This document shows, piece after piece, positions 20,721 through 30,944 of a stretch of DNA of 45,778 nt (positions are counted from its first letter, which is position 1; the number at the start of each line of letters is the position of its first letter). The notes beneath the pieces were generated by a model that saw only the letters and a list, made by a program, of their open reading frames with translations, was not told the DNA's origin and ran no database searches. The position numbers were made by a program, and so were the translations under genes. The stretch lies in IMG/VR virus record IMGVR_UViG_2740892271_000013; one strand, 5' to 3'. This stretch comes from a virus (lineage: Duplodnaviria > Heunggongvirae > Uroviricota > Caudoviricetes).

Positions 20721-21122
20721 TTAATTCGTGTACGTGATCTGGTACGTGATTTCCGCCATCGCCCAGGTGGCCATCTCATTATCACGTTGATAGTTAAAAC
20801 CGAGTGGGATCAGGGTGTCGATGAGTCCGGAAAGTGCTGGTACATCATTCAAGGCCGGGAAAATGGTGCTCTCCATCCACATATCCAGCTCTGAATCCGG
20901 TGCCTGTGCCCGGATGAAGACAGCAATATGCAGAACAGCCTGCCAGTCATCTTCATCCGTCATTTTTCCGGTGTACTGAGCATCACTCAGCCACACCGCC
21001 ACGGCAGGCAGTTCCTGCGCATCAACAAATGCCGGAAGCCCGTCAAAAAACGTGGCGCTGTCTCCACACTGTTCCCGAAGGCGTGCCAGTACGACCTGGC
21101 GGATTTGTGTATGTCGGTTCAT
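20721..21122 (-). CDS. U: Tail terminator protein U
   Basis: Starts MNRHTQIRQVVLARL, aligns with lambda gpU including ATFFDG and AVAV motifs; ATGA overlap with Z stop. Confidence 0.8.
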   Translation of the reverse strand: MNRHTQIRQVVLARLREQCGDSATFFDGLPAFVDAQELPAVAVWLSDAQYTGKMTDEDDWQAVLHIAVFIRAQAPDSELDMWMESTIFPALNDVPALSGLIDTLIPLGFNYQRDNEMATWAMAEITYQITYTN

Positions 21123-21697
21123 CGGGTCAGCCATAACCTCAGTTGTTGTTTCAGTGCATACCCCAGCTGTTTCGGCATTTCCGCAGCAATGATGCGGTCG
21201 CGGGCATCTTCAAATGCCTGTGTCAGCGGTCCGGACAGCGGGATTTTCACCACATCAATGGGGTAACGATTTTTGCCATCAATACGCCGCATCACATGCC
21301 AGCGACCATTCGCCAGTTGCTGAATAAACGCATCCCGGAAAAGATATTTACCCACCTTCAGCACACTGCCACGGTACTGCAGTTTTCCACCACGCCGGGC
21401 CAGTCTGACCCGGGCTGTCCCCAGCTTAATGGCGGGCAGATTGCCCCGGTTAACGCGGATCCTGGCCGTCATTTTTCCTGACGGACTGGCTTTAAACACC
21501 CGGACACGCTGACGTACCAGTTTCAGGGGGATCCCTTTCACCTGGTTATCTCCCGCAACGGTATTCCCGGCAACCTGCCGGGTGGCAACCGAGACCGCTT
21601 TCTGTGCCACACGGTTTATCGCCCATGCGCTGGCCTGTGGCACCATACGGGTATCAAGGCTGTTCAGATTGCGGATGGCATTCTCAAGCCCCTTCAT
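21119..21697 (-). CDS. Z: Tail completion protein Z
   Basis: 192 aa MKGLENAIRNLN...NGRWHVMRRIDGKNRYPIDVVKIP as in lambda gpZ. Confidence 0.8.
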   Translation of the reverse strand: MKGLENAIRNLNSLDTRMVPQASAWAINRVAQKAVSVATRQVAGNTVAGDNQVKGIPLKLVRQRVRVFKASPSGKMTARIRVNRGNLPAIKLGTARVRLARRGGKLQYRGSVLKVGKYLFRDAFIQQLANGRWHVMRRIDGKNRYPIDVVKIPLSGPLTQAFEDARDRIIAAEMPKQLGYALKQQLRLWLTR

Positions 21698-21708
21698 CCC
21701 ACACCTCT

Positions 21709-21984
21709 TTACTCAATAAAGATCATTGGCTTACCGTTAAAGCGTTCATGCCGTGTGACCGTCCATTGTTGTCCGTCATAAACAACGCGATCCCCGCGCC
21801 GTGGGCGGTATCCCGAAGAAAACACCACCAGAGAGACCGCAGGTCCGGACAGAGCATTCAGCTCTGCCAGTGTTTCTCCCGGGATCACAGTCATATCGAC
21901 ATCATTAATCGAGGCTGTCTTTCCCATCTTTCTGACCGTGATCGCATCCATACGCGCTGCCAGCCGGGAAAAGGGATCAGACAT
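21709..21984 (-). CDS. Head-tail connector protein (lambda FII-like)
   Basis: 91 aa; N-terminus MSDPFSRLAARMDAITVRKMG and RRGDRVVYDGQQWTV resemble lambda gpFII; gene order position. Confidence 0.55.
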   Translation of the reverse strand: MSDPFSRLAARMDAITVRKMGKTASINDVDMTVIPGETLAELNALSGPAVSLVVFSSGYRPRRGDRVVYDGQQWTVTRHERFNGKPMIFIE

Positions 21985-22300
21985 TGAGTTTTACCGGCAC
22001 TTCTTCTGCACTGGTTCCGGCATCTGCCCAGACAACCCCGACCAGCGGATCAGAGCCGCTGTTAGTCAGCTGAACTTTTCCGGACTTCAGATAAACCTTC
22101 TTACCCGTTTTCATGTCATCCGTTTTCAGCTTAGGCAGCATAAACACACCTTCGGTCAGGCCGTCGCCTGTTTCACCCTGTGGAATATCGGTCAGTGCCA
22201 CCGCAAAAACATCACCCACCTGCACCAGATCTCCGCTGCTGATGGCTGCACTGGCAACAATCGCCACCGTTTTTCCTTCTTCTACAAAATTCTTTGCCAT
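21977..22300 (-). CDS. Small head protein (DUF2190-like, decoration/FI-position)
   Basis: 107 aa from the Met preceded by GGAGACAG (MAKNFVEEGKTVAIVASAAISSGDLVQVGD...); immediately downstream of the capsid gene. Confidence 0.5.
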   Translation of the reverse strand: MAKNFVEEGKTVAIVASAAISSGDLVQVGDVFAVALTDIPQGETGDGLTEGVFMLPKLKTDDMKTGKKVYLKSGKVQLTNSGSDPLVGVVWADAGTSAEEVPVKLNV

Positions 22301-22386
22301 AACTGTCTCCGCACAGCCCCGTTCAGGGGCTGATTTCAGGTACAAAAAAAGCCCTTACGGGCCATCAGAGTTGTTGTCTGCGACGT

Positions 22387-24345
22387 TTACGCCGTACATT
22401 TCACCAGACCGCGGTGATCAACTGGCGCGACACCGGCGTCAATACGCACTTTCGTTGTCACGCCATCCACACTGAAGCCCTCCATCTGATCAATATATGG
22501 CGTATCCACACCGTTGAGATAAGCCACTTCAATCGTATCGGAGCCTTTTGACGCAGCCAGGTAGAAGGTGGTCTGGCTGTTATCATCAAGACGAGGCTCT
22601 GCAATAACGGTCGCAAAATCTTTCACCGGGTTAATAATACCGGCGTTAATGTCGGCCCCCTTGACACTTGAGGAGCGAATGACCTGGTTAGCAACAGACT
22701 CCATCGCCGTCGGTACCAGTACGAACGCAGGACGAATATTCAGATGACGCTCCCCCTCTTTCTGAACGCGCATCAACTGGCGGGCTTTATCCAGCGATGC
22801 CACGTCCATTGCAGCGCTATCCAGTACGTTTGCATGTTTCGCTTTATCGAACAGACTTACATTATCTGTGGAGATTTTCGGGTTAGACGTCAGAATGGCA
22901 TAAACCAGATCGGCAATAGTGGATTTCGCCGCACGGCCCAGTTTCATCGGGACATCGGTCAGCATATTCAGATCATCATTGATAATGGCCTGACGGGTGA
23001 TACTGAACAGCTCGCCATAGGTCGCCAGTGCAATAGTGGCCTGTTTATCTCCGGTGGTGACGTATTTATATTCCGCCCCTTCACGCACCTGACGCAGAGC
23101 ACTGAAGCCCCCCATACCCACACGATGGGCAATTTTAAAATCAGACAACTGACCTTTCCGCGTCCACTGTTCATAGGTTTCAGGGGCATCTTCCCAGCCC
23201 TGCAGAATGGCTTTGTTCGCAACATCCAGCAGAATATTACCGAAGTCAGACGTACTGTGTGTGAACGCCGCACCGACCATCTGCATCGGGTTATAACTGG
23301 AAACCCCAATACCCCGTTCAGTCAGTGACATACGGGCATATTCACGCAGGGTCATCCCGTTGTAGACATTATCACGTTCGGTTTTTTCAAATCCGGCACG
23401 CGCCATCAGCGCCTGGCGGATCCCGTCCCCCACAAAATTACCGTTTCCGGCATAAATATGAGCCGGGGTATTTTTATTGGATGGCGTGGACTCGCGCCCC
23501 ATCTCGTTCAACAGCTTTTCGCGGGCCTGCTCCAGCGAACATTCAGGATCGGCAAGACACTGAGCCTGCAGCGTCTGATAACGCCCGCCAAACATGGCAA
23601 ACAGATCATTAATACCGTTTACACGCGCTTTTTGCTCTGCCAGTACCTGCGCACGGATACTGTTTTCATCCACCACGGGTGCTGCTGCCTGCACTGGCGT
23701 CCGGGAGGCTGCAGGTTCATCATCCTGTACGCGTGGAGCACTGTTGCGTGGCGGAGTAATCATGTTTCGAATGGATTCCGGCATCTTTTTAAATTCCTCT
23801 GTACGTTTTGACTGAATACATGCCATTGCCTTAACGGCTGGCGTCACCTGATCAGCAAATCCCTGTGCCAGACATTCGGCACCGGACATCCAGGTCTCAT
23901 CCGCCAGCATGGCAGCAATTTCATCGGTGGTTTTCCCGGTTTTCTGTGCATAAGCGGGTAACAGAACCGCCTCAACCTTATCGAGCAGGTCGGCATAGGT
24001 GCGCATGTCCTCCGCATCACCGCCCGTAAAGCCAAATGGTTTATGAATCATCATGAAGGTGTTTTCCGGCATAATGACCGGGTTTCCCACCATCGCAATG
24101 ACCGACGCCATTGACGCCGCCACACCGTCGACATAAACGGTAATGGACGCACCATGTGTTTTCAGCGCATTAAAAATGGCGATGCCTTCAAAGACATCGC
24201 CACCCGGTGAATTAATATGGAGATTAATGTGGGTGATATCGCCCAGTGCATTCAGATCACTGATAAACTGCTTCGCTGTAACACCCCAGAAACCAATCTC
24301 GTCATAAATATAAATATCCGCGTCACTCTGGTGACCAGCCTGCAT
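22387..24345 (-). CDS. Fused prohead protease (ClpP/S49-like) and HK97-fold major capsid protein
   Basis: 652 aa from the internal Met MQAGHQSDADIYIYDEIGFWG; N-terminal protease-like region (INSPGGDVFEGIAIFNALKTHGASITVYVDGVAASMASVIAM) continues without a stop into a capsid-like C-terminal half. Confidence 0.75.
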   Translation of the reverse strand: MQAGHQSDADIYIYDEIGFWGVTAKQFISDLNALGDITHINLHINSPGGDVFEGIAIFNALKTHGASITVYVDGVAASMASVIAMVGNPVIMPENTFMMIHKPFGFTGGDAEDMRTYADLLDKVEAVLLPAYAQKTGKTTDEIAAMLADETWMSGAECLAQGFADQVTPAVKAMACIQSKRTEEFKKMPESIRNMITPPRNSAPRVQDDEPAASRTPVQAAAPVVDENSIRAQVLAEQKARVNGINDLFAMFGGRYQTLQAQCLADPECSLEQAREKLLNEMGRESTPSNKNTPAHIYAGNGNFVGDGIRQALMARAGFEKTERDNVYNGMTLREYARMSLTERGIGVSSYNPMQMVGAAFTHSTSDFGNILLDVANKAILQGWEDAPETYEQWTRKGQLSDFKIAHRVGMGGFSALRQVREGAEYKYVTTGDKQATIALATYGELFSITRQAIINDDLNMLTDVPMKLGRAAKSTIADLVYAILTSNPKISTDNVSLFDKAKHANVLDSAAMDVASLDKARQLMRVQKEGERHLNIRPAFVLVPTAMESVANQVIRSSSVKGADINAGIINPVKDFATVIAEPRLDDNSQTTFYLAASKGSDTIEVAYLNGVDTPYIDQMEGFSVDGVTTKVRIDAGVAPVDHRGLVKCTA

Positions 24346-24358
24346 CCTGAACCAGGAA

Positions 24359-25867
24359 TTATTCTTCGGACTGGTCGTCGGTGTGCTGCGGCTCCTGTCG
24401 TTTCGTTGCGGCACTGCTGCCTCCTTTATCACTGGCCGGATCGGTATCAAATACCAGATCCAGCTTGCGGTTTTCATCAATTTCGGCCTTGCGCCGACGT
24501 TTGACATCATCCGGATTACGACCACCTGCACGTACCCAGTCTGATTCTGTCGCCGCTCCACCACGAATCTGGATTTTCCAGGCCTCAGCCTCCTTAACAG
24601 GGTCAATCCACGGCATCACCGGTCCGGAATACACCGCGGTATACAGTGAAGAACGGTCAAGATCGCGGGGTAGCCTGATAACACCGGATGCCACAGCCTG
24701 TTTCAGCCATGCACGATACATCGGGCGGGTGACGGCACCAATAAACCAGTCCTGCAGGATCAGGTAGCCATCAGTAGATTCAACCAGCTCCTGACGCTGG
24801 GCGCTGTAAGTGCCGTTATAGTTGCGCGCTGTACTGGAAAAACTCAGACGACTGCCCGCCGCCACGGCACGCAACTGACCATTACGAAAAGTTTCAAGGT
24901 TAGGATTGGGGCGATCCGACTTCACCATTCCGATTTCTTCGCCGGGTTTCAGATCGTCGTAAATAATGCCTGGCTGAATGGTAAGCTCGCGTTCCTTATC
25001 CTTGCTGCCATTACCATCCGGTTCATAGCTCTGCCCGTCGCCTTTGCGGATGTACATCCCCAGAGCAGCGGCGATCCTTGCTGCAGTCAGCTCATAATCT
25101 TCATAATCTTTCAGGGCACTGAGGCGGATCAGCACACCGGACAACAAAGACGTCCCGCGCATCTGGTGCAGACGGCGAACAAATTTAAGATGCAGCATTC
25201 GCTCTGCATCCACTTCTTTGGTTTCCATCTGCCGTCCGGATACGGGACGGCTTTTATACACCAGATATTTTTCGGGACGCCCCCAGTCATCAACAAACAC
25301 GCCCTGATTCAGCCTGTTGCTCTCATCACTGGTCATGGGAATAAAGTCCGGCTCGAGCGCCTCCAGCCAGAAATGAACACCGGCAGAAGGCGTCAGGCTG
25401 TTTATGCGCCCGGAAACCATCTGGGCAAACACCTCACCATCGCGCAGCCAGGTACGCAGCATCAGACGTTCCAGCATCGGACGGGTAAACTGCCCGGTGA
25501 CTTCCGGGCTGACAGACCATTCACTCCATCGGGTGCGAATCTCCGCAGCCAGGTCACGGGCAATGGCCCCATTGCGTAATACCGGATGTGGCTCGACAAT
25601 AATCCCGTTTTTCCCCACCACCCGTTCTTCCAGCTTGTCAAATACACCAATAACCAGATCGTGGTTGTTATCAAGGTAACGGGCCTGCTCACGTAACGAC
25701 ACGGCCCCGTACTGGCTTAACTGGTCGGCAGTTCGGTTTTCCCGCCGGCCTTTGTGTGTCCGCGTCGTTTTTACGGCCTCATAAGCCTGGATCACCGCAC
25801 GGGAACGCAGCCTTGCCGCTTTCCATCCTGGTGAAAAAACGCCAATCACATCATCAAGAATTGCCAT
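24359..25867 (-). CDS. Portal protein (lambda B-like)
   Basis: About 502 aa from the internal Met MAILDDVIGVFSPGW; size and position between W-like and protease-capsid genes; start overlaps W stop (TGATG). Confidence 0.75.
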   Translation of the reverse strand: MAILDDVIGVFSPGWKAARLRSRAVIQAYEAVKTTRTHKGRRENRTADQLSQYGAVSLREQARYLDNNHDLVIGVFDKLEERVVGKNGIIVEPHPVLRNGAIARDLAAEIRTRWSEWSVSPEVTGQFTRPMLERLMLRTWLRDGEVFAQMVSGRINSLTPSAGVHFWLEALEPDFIPMTSDESNRLNQGVFVDDWGRPEKYLVYKSRPVSGRQMETKEVDAERMLHLKFVRRLHQMRGTSLLSGVLIRLSALKDYEDYELTAARIAAALGMYIRKGDGQSYEPDGNGSKDKERELTIQPGIIYDDLKPGEEIGMVKSDRPNPNLETFRNGQLRAVAAGSRLSFSSTARNYNGTYSAQRQELVESTDGYLILQDWFIGAVTRPMYRAWLKQAVASGVIRLPRDLDRSSLYTAVYSGPVMPWIDPVKEAEAWKIQIRGGAATESDWVRAGGRNPDDVKRRRKAEIDENRKLDLVFDTDPASDKGGSSAATKRQEPQHTDDQSEE

Positions 25868-26085
25868 CAGAACCTCGCCAGCCGGTACCCGGGATGCCCC
25901 CGTCGTCGTGTAATCAGAGCCGCAAGGCGGCGCTCCCACTCCTGCCGTCCCTGCCGGATCTCAGATAAGTTTTCCATGGTCATCTGCTGACCATTAAAGG
26001 TGACGGATTTTCCGTCCAGCACCGCCATTTCAGCTTCCGTATAACGCTGAATCATGGCTTCAATATCATTCTGGTTCATAACCAT
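25867..26085 (-). CDS. Head-tail joining protein (lambda W-like)
   Basis: 72 aa with C-terminus ITRRRGHPGYRLARF resembling lambda gpW C-terminus (RRRGPAGFYV); located between terminase and portal. Confidence 0.6.
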   Translation of the reverse strand: MVMNQNDIEAMIQRYTEAEMAVLDGKSVTFNGQQMTMENLSEIRQGRQEWERRLAALITRRRGHPGYRLARF

Positions 26086-28178
26086 CCTCCGGAAGTCAGC
26101 CAGGGGTTAACATCGTCAGTTACTGTTTTCTTCCGTTTTTGTTTTTTAACAGGCGTGGATACCGGTTCCGGTGAGGGTGACGGTTCGGTACTGTCCGGGA
26201 CACACTCCAGCCAGGTTTCCCGGCTCGCCCACTCCGGTGCATCCGGCCAGCGGATCTTTTCGTATCCATGCAGAATGACCAGAGCCTCGGCATACACCAT
26301 CAGGTCAAAAGCTTCGTTGGCACCGCGACCCGGCTTACTCCATTTCCCGTCACTGCTCCGCTCTTCATACGTCAGTTCGTCGTAAAACCAGCTCCCCAGC
26401 CAGTCAGGGAAATGCACATAGCCGGGACCTGGCGAGTCACGCCATAACGCGTTATTCACCCGGTCTTTCAGTGCATCCGTCTGAAGAAGCCAGAGCGGCA
26501 CATCACCTGCGGCCTGCGCCCGTCGGCCCGTTCGTCCGGTGTTATCAGGGAATGTACGGGTGATCAGTTTTGCGCGCCGGATGCTGTCGCCCTTAAACAG
26601 GTAAATACGTTTACCAAGGCCATCACGACGGCAACGACGCCAGAATTTATAGGCATTATCAGTGACCCCGTCTTCACCGCCGGAGTCCACCGCCATTGCC
26701 ATCAGTCGCATTTGTTGAGAAGGATCGGAGGCCAGCGGCCAGCTTTTATGAAAAACATCCGTCAGCAGGACATCCCAGTCTTCCGGATAGCTGGCCGGAT
26801 CAATTCGCTGGCTCTCCCCGTCGCTGTCACCGCGCAATGACTGCGTGATGTTGTAACGATCAATAATCCAGCGTTCGCCACGGCTGCCATAGCCCGTTAC
26901 CTGAACCACAAAACGGCGATGACGTCCCGCCTGCACATCCACTGTCGCCACAAGGAAATTAACGCCATCCGGCACACTGCGGGAAGGAACTGGCTCTGCC
27001 CGCTGCTCAAGCAGTTCACTTTTTCGTTGCTCCATGCTGGCGCGGGGAAGATAAGGTAATCCCCAGTCGGTATTGATAACCGTCTTGAGTGTTTCTTCAC
27101 TTCCGGTTGTCTCGTATTCCTGTTCTGCAGTAAGCAGTTTGTAAACGAGTTGCGAGAGTGTCTGGTAAGCAGCTGCCGGACCCTCCATCCAGAATGACGC
27201 AATACGTGAGCGTCGGGGATCACCATAACGACTGCCATCCGCATTGATGGATTCACCATCCCGCAACCAGACCCCACGTCCGTTCAGCTCACGTTTGTGT
27301 TCAGGCATAATCCGTCCTGAACAGGAAGGACACTGAATATAAGCCGCCTCACTTGCCAGCACGGGATCGGCAATATCACGGAAACCAGCAACCACATCGC
27401 CGCAGGGCTGAAAATACTCACCACAGTGTGGACAGGGCCAGTACCAGCGACGGCGATCGCCACGGTTATAGAGCGACAGTATCCCCGTGGTTGGTGGAGC
27501 CTCATGCGGTGAAGTCCGTCGCCATTTCACATCCTTCACATCCCTGCCGGGGGAACTCTCCACAAGCGTCATACCACTGGACATAAATGTTGTGGTACGT
27601 TTTGAGGCAAGAGAGAAAGCATCCCCCTCGCCATCAATATCTTCCGGAAAACGGTCATAATCCGTCAGCGCGACGCATTTATAATCTGATGAGGACATGA
27701 TATTGACTGACGGCCAGCCGATTTTCAGGTAGTTACCAGCAAGGAATGTTCTGTCATAAACGTTGTTGTCATTTTTGTTCGGACTCAGGCGACTGACCAC
27801 TTCCGGGCTGACGCGAAACGTTCTGGCGAGTCGTTTTTTGGAGTGTTCGCGGGCTTTTTCCTCCGTCATCTGAATGATCAGCATATCAGCAGGATCGCAA
27901 ATCACGTTGTAAATCACCCAGCCGTCAATCAGGCCGATAGTCTTGCCGGTTCGTGCCGGGCCAACAAATATCACTGCGTCGTATTCACGCGAGGCCAGGC
28001 AGTTCATCGGCTCAATAACATACGGTGCCACCAGCGGATCCCACGGGACTGAGTTCCCTGCCCCCATGGGCACCCGCATATACTGAGCAACGGCATCAGC
28101 AACCCGCATTCGTCTCGGTGCGCGAAGGATATAACCTGAATCGGTTCGTGCTGCCTTTGCGGTTTCCTGATTCAGCAT
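26076..28178 (-). CDS. Terminase large subunit (lambda gpA-like)
   Basis: 700 aa; Walker A-like VGPARTGKT; size and position after the small subunit; ATGA overlap with small-subunit stop. Confidence 0.85.
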   Translation of the reverse strand: MLNQETAKAARTDSGYILRAPRRMRVADAVAQYMRVPMGAGNSVPWDPLVAPYVIEPMNCLASREYDAVIFVGPARTGKTIGLIDGWVIYNVICDPADMLIIQMTEEKAREHSKKRLARTFRVSPEVVSRLSPNKNDNNVYDRTFLAGNYLKIGWPSVNIMSSSDYKCVALTDYDRFPEDIDGEGDAFSLASKRTTTFMSSGMTLVESSPGRDVKDVKWRRTSPHEAPPTTGILSLYNRGDRRRWYWPCPHCGEYFQPCGDVVAGFRDIADPVLASEAAYIQCPSCSGRIMPEHKRELNGRGVWLRDGESINADGSRYGDPRRSRIASFWMEGPAAAYQTLSQLVYKLLTAEQEYETTGSEETLKTVINTDWGLPYLPRASMEQRKSELLEQRAEPVPSRSVPDGVNFLVATVDVQAGRHRRFVVQVTGYGSRGERWIIDRYNITQSLRGDSDGESQRIDPASYPEDWDVLLTDVFHKSWPLASDPSQQMRLMAMAVDSGGEDGVTDNAYKFWRRCRRDGLGKRIYLFKGDSIRRAKLITRTFPDNTGRTGRRAQAAGDVPLWLLQTDALKDRVNNALWRDSPGPGYVHFPDWLGSWFYDELTYEERSSDGKWSKPGRGANEAFDLMVYAEALVILHGYEKIRWPDAPEWASRETWLECVPDSTEPSPSPEPVSTPVKKQKRKKTVTDDVNPWLTSGGWL

Positions 28179-28672
28179 TACTCCTCCTGCTGTAATTCCT
28201 CCTCATCATCCGCACCTGCTTCAGTCACCCGCAGGGCTATCTGATCGCGCAGATCATCAATAATGGACTGAACACGGCTCACAGCGGCAGGCTGCAGACC
28301 GCAGTCACGTTCCAGAATATCCGGTAATGTCTCCAGCACCTGCACGACCGCTTTTGCCCAGATGGCAAACTCCCGTCTGACATCACTGGCCGGAATGAGT
28401 TGTGCCGTTTCCTGTTCGAACTTAAGACGCTCACGTTCAGACTGATACCAGGCTTTGCGCTCATGCGCGTCCATTTCGCCTTCTGCAACCGGCGGTGGCA
28501 ATGCCAGAAATGCCGACACAATATCAACCACCCGATAAAGCTTGAGGTTGCTTTCATGCCCCCCTGCAACGGGTAGATTTTGCAGCCTTGCCGCAGCAGT
28601 CTGGCGATGTACACCTGACAGTGCCGCCAGTTGACTGATATTCAGCGTCAGATTTTTTAACTCTCGATCCAT
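28178..28672 (-). CDS. Terminase small subunit (lambda Nu1-like)
   Basis: 164 aa; N-terminal helix-turn-helix (LTLNISQLAALSGVHRQTAAARL), acidic C-terminus; located next to cos. Confidence 0.8.
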   Translation of the reverse strand: MDRELKNLTLNISQLAALSGVHRQTAAARLQNLPVAGGHESNLKLYRVVDIVSAFLALPPPVAEGEMDAHERKAWYQSERERLKFEQETAQLIPASDVRREFAIWAKAVVQVLETLPDILERDCGLQPAAVSRVQSIIDDLRDQIALRVTEAGADDEEELQQEE

Positions 28673-28775
28673 ACCCGCTCCAGAATGTTTTAAACATGCA
28701 TCTCGCGAACAACTTTAGGCAAACGGTGTTAGTGATGAACAAAAAACAATCAAAATCGACACCATAAAAACAAAA

Positions 28776-28803
28776 CCACTGTAATATCAATCTATTACAG
28801 TGG
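28776..28803. promoter_or_regulatory. cosB-region palindrome CCACTGTAATA-N6-TATTACAGTGG within phased A-tracts
   Basis: Perfect 11-bp inverted repeat between cosN candidate and the small terminase start; flanking A-tract DNA. Confidence 0.4.
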
Positions 28804-28839
28804 TGGTGATGACGAATGAAATTTCAAAAACTAGCCTTT

Positions 28840-28865
28840 TTCCGCGACGCTCCCGCCCCGTGGCA
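28840..28865. other. Candidate cosN (cohesive end site)
   Basis: Minus-strand CACGGGGCGGGAGCGTCGCGG resembles lambda cosN ACGGGGCGGCGACCTCGCGGG, about 170 bp upstream of the small terminase gene. Confidence 0.5.
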
Positions 28866-29255
28866 GGCCACTCCACCGGGAGGACCCGTCAGCCTGACAG
28901 ACATGACGAACGTCTGATACAGCGCCTTGCATGAATGGCATCGGGATAATCCAGAAAGGAATAGCATCGTGCCCACAAGAATCTGTGTGAGTATCCTGTT
29001 TCTTCCACCCCCGCACAGGACTGGCGAGCATGAGGGACAAACCCGCGAACCATAAACGCGGTAAAAACCCGGTGTGCATCGTTTTTGATTATTCCCGCAC
29101 ACTCTCGCAGAAGGAGTTCCCCGTCGGGCTACGGTCTCTGTTAATACGGGAATACGGCGACGATACAGCGCATGATGTGTCAGGCTTGAATACCTTTATC
29201 CGTTAAAAGGGATATCAGTTAAGTTATCCCGTGTAGGGTATAAGCCATTATCAAA

Positions 29256-29280
29256 GCCACTCTGTAGGGAGTGGCTTTTG
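29256..29280. terminator. Hairpin with U-tract (GCCACTC/GAGTGGC + TTTTG)
   Basis: 7-bp stem, 6-nt loop, T-run on plus strand; orientation ambiguous. Confidence 0.4.
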
Positions 29281-29285
29281 TAATG

Positions 29286-29313
29286 GCAATAAAAAGCCCC
29301 GCGAATGCGAGGC
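29286..29313 (-). terminator. Rho-independent terminator downstream of the lysis cassette
   Basis: Minus strand GCCUCGC-auuc-GCGGGGC followed by UUUUUAUU. Confidence 0.55.
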
Positions 29314-29487
29314 TAAATCCAGGTATTTTTAATGACTGGCTCTTATTTCAACGCAGCCCCTTACCGCGCGCCAGATGCTCAACTTCAAGCATCAGCAATG
29401 AGATGTTTAATCTGGATTCACTCCAGAAGTGATCACCACCCTGTCTACAGAGCCAAATGTGAAGGATGATGAGTAAAATTATCGCTA

Positions 29488-29970
29488 TCATCGAAGGCAT
29501 TGCGTCCTGATATATTCCTGAAGCGTTCTCAGTGCTGTCTGGTCTCTGATGATTCCGTCCCGGATACCGAGAACGTTTCGTCCAGCAACTGGAGAGAGTT
29601 CGACGGTGGCATCATTGCCCATGCCGGAGGCGCTGGAGGTTTCGGCTGAGGATGGCACAGAGCATTTTCCTTTGACGAGCACCCGACCACCATTATCAAG
29701 CTTGCGCCGAAGAGCATCATTTTCAGCTTTCGCATCAGCCAACTCCTTCGTGTATTTAGCATCGAGTACATCAGCAGCACGCTGGCGTTGCTGCATGTCA
29801 GTAATGGTGGCGGTCGCCTGCTTCAGCTCACTGACTTTTTTATCACGCTGTTCTTTGTAGGCGATGGCGTTATCACGGTAATGATTGACCGCCCACGACA
29901 GGCAGACGATGATGCAGATAACCAGAGCATAAATAATCGCGGCGACTCTGCTCACTGATCTATCCCCCAA
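29488..29970 (-). CDS. Rz: Rz i-spanin
   Basis: 160 aa; [37 protein letters not shown] closely matches lambda Rz; ends RTQCLR; start may be GTG at 29955. Confidence 0.85.
   Translation of the reverse strand: MGDRSVSRVAAIIYALVICIIVCLSWAVNHYRDNAIAYKEQRDKKVSELKQATATITDMQQRQRAADVLDAKYTKELADAKAENDALRRKLDNGGRVLVKGKCSVPSSAETSSASGMGNDATVELSPVAGRNVLGIRDGIIRDQTALRTLQEYIRTQCLR
29529..29735 (-). CDS. Rz1: Rz1 o-spanin lipoprotein embedded in the +1 frame of Rz
   Basis: [21 protein letters not shown] lipobox followed by proline-rich [11 protein letters not shown], as in lambda Rz1. Confidence 0.65.
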   Translation of the reverse strand: MRKLKMMLFGASLIMVVGCSSKENALCHPQPKPPAPPAWAMMPPSNSLQLLDETFSVSGTESSETRQH

Positions 29971-30485
29971 CAGGCTAATGCGCTTTCCTGGTCACGACGA
30001 ATAACCTGTCCATAGCAGTTATTTGAACGTATGCGGCAATCGCGCCCACCATCTTTTATCCACCAGCGAATCGCCTCGCATGCACCTTTACGATCACCAG
30101 CATTCAGCCGCTTATAAAACGTCGACGGAAAACACTTACCGGGGCCAATGTTATAGGGACAAAATGACGCGATACCCGCTTTTTGTGGCTCGGTCAGTGG
30201 TACTTTAATATTGCGCTCCACCCATGCCAGCGCCTTATCACGCTCAATGGCGTTGACCTGGTCGCATTTTTCCTTCGACAGTTTCATACCGGGAAAAACG
30301 GGTTTTCCATCCACCATCGTGGCACCCCGACAGATGGTCCAGATGCCGGACCCATCGCGGTATGCCGTTGTGTGGTTACCTTCTTTTTCATCCAGAAACT
30401 GGTCGAGAATATCAGGCGCGGGCGCACCGACGGCAATCAGTGCCAGAACGGCAGCCGACAGGCCGTATCTGATTTTTGCGTTCAT
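29952..30485 (-). CDS. Endolysin, lysozyme family with N-terminal SAR-like (signal-anchor-release) segment
   Basis: 177 aa; Gly/Ala-rich weakly hydrophobic N-terminus [17 protein letters not shown] then lysozyme-like body ([20 protein letters not shown]). Confidence 0.75.
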   Translation of the reverse strand: MNAKIRYGLSAAVLALIAVGAPAPDILDQFLDEKEGNHTTAYRDGSGIWTICRGATMVDGKPVFPGMKLSKEKCDQVNAIERDKALAWVERNIKVPLTEPQKAGIASFCPYNIGPGKCFPSTFYKRLNAGDRKGACEAIRWWIKDGGRDCRIRSNNCYGQVIRRDQESALACWGIDQ

Positions 30486-30632
30486 GGATATTTATCAGGA
30501 TTTATCGGTTTCTGCCCACGGACAGGTTTATCTGTTCCGGTCAGTGACTTAAGGTTGTGATTCCGGAGGAGTCTTCAGAGAACCAGTAATTCTTCCTGGT
30601 AGCTTTCCTTTGTAGGTTATCCAAACATTCTG

Positions 30633-30944
30633 NNNNNNNNNNNNNNNNNNNNNNNNNNNNNNNNNNNNNNNNNNNNNNNNNNNNNNNNNNNNNNNNNNNN
30701 NNNNNNNNNNNNNNNNNNNNNNNNNNNNNNNNNNNNNNNNNNNNNNNNNNNNNNNNNNNNNNNNNNNNNNNNNNNNNNNNNNNNNNNNNNNNNNNNNNNN
30801 NNNNNNNNNNNNNNNNNNNNNNNNNNNNNNNNNNNNNNNNNNNNNNNNNNNNNNNNNNNNNNNNNNNNNNNNNNNNNNNNNNNNNNNNNNNNNNNNNNNN
30901 NNNNNNNNNNNNNNNNNNNNNNNNNNNNNNNNNNNNNNNNNNNN
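30633..30944. other. Run of N inside the holin region
   Basis: 312 consecutive n characters. Confidence 1.

Noticed and set aside
28824-29102. 92-aa and 82-aa minus-strand ORFs in the cos region
   Set aside because: Overlapping ORFs in different frames with Cys/Arg-rich composition and no ribosome-binding site, inside the cos/packaging DNA.
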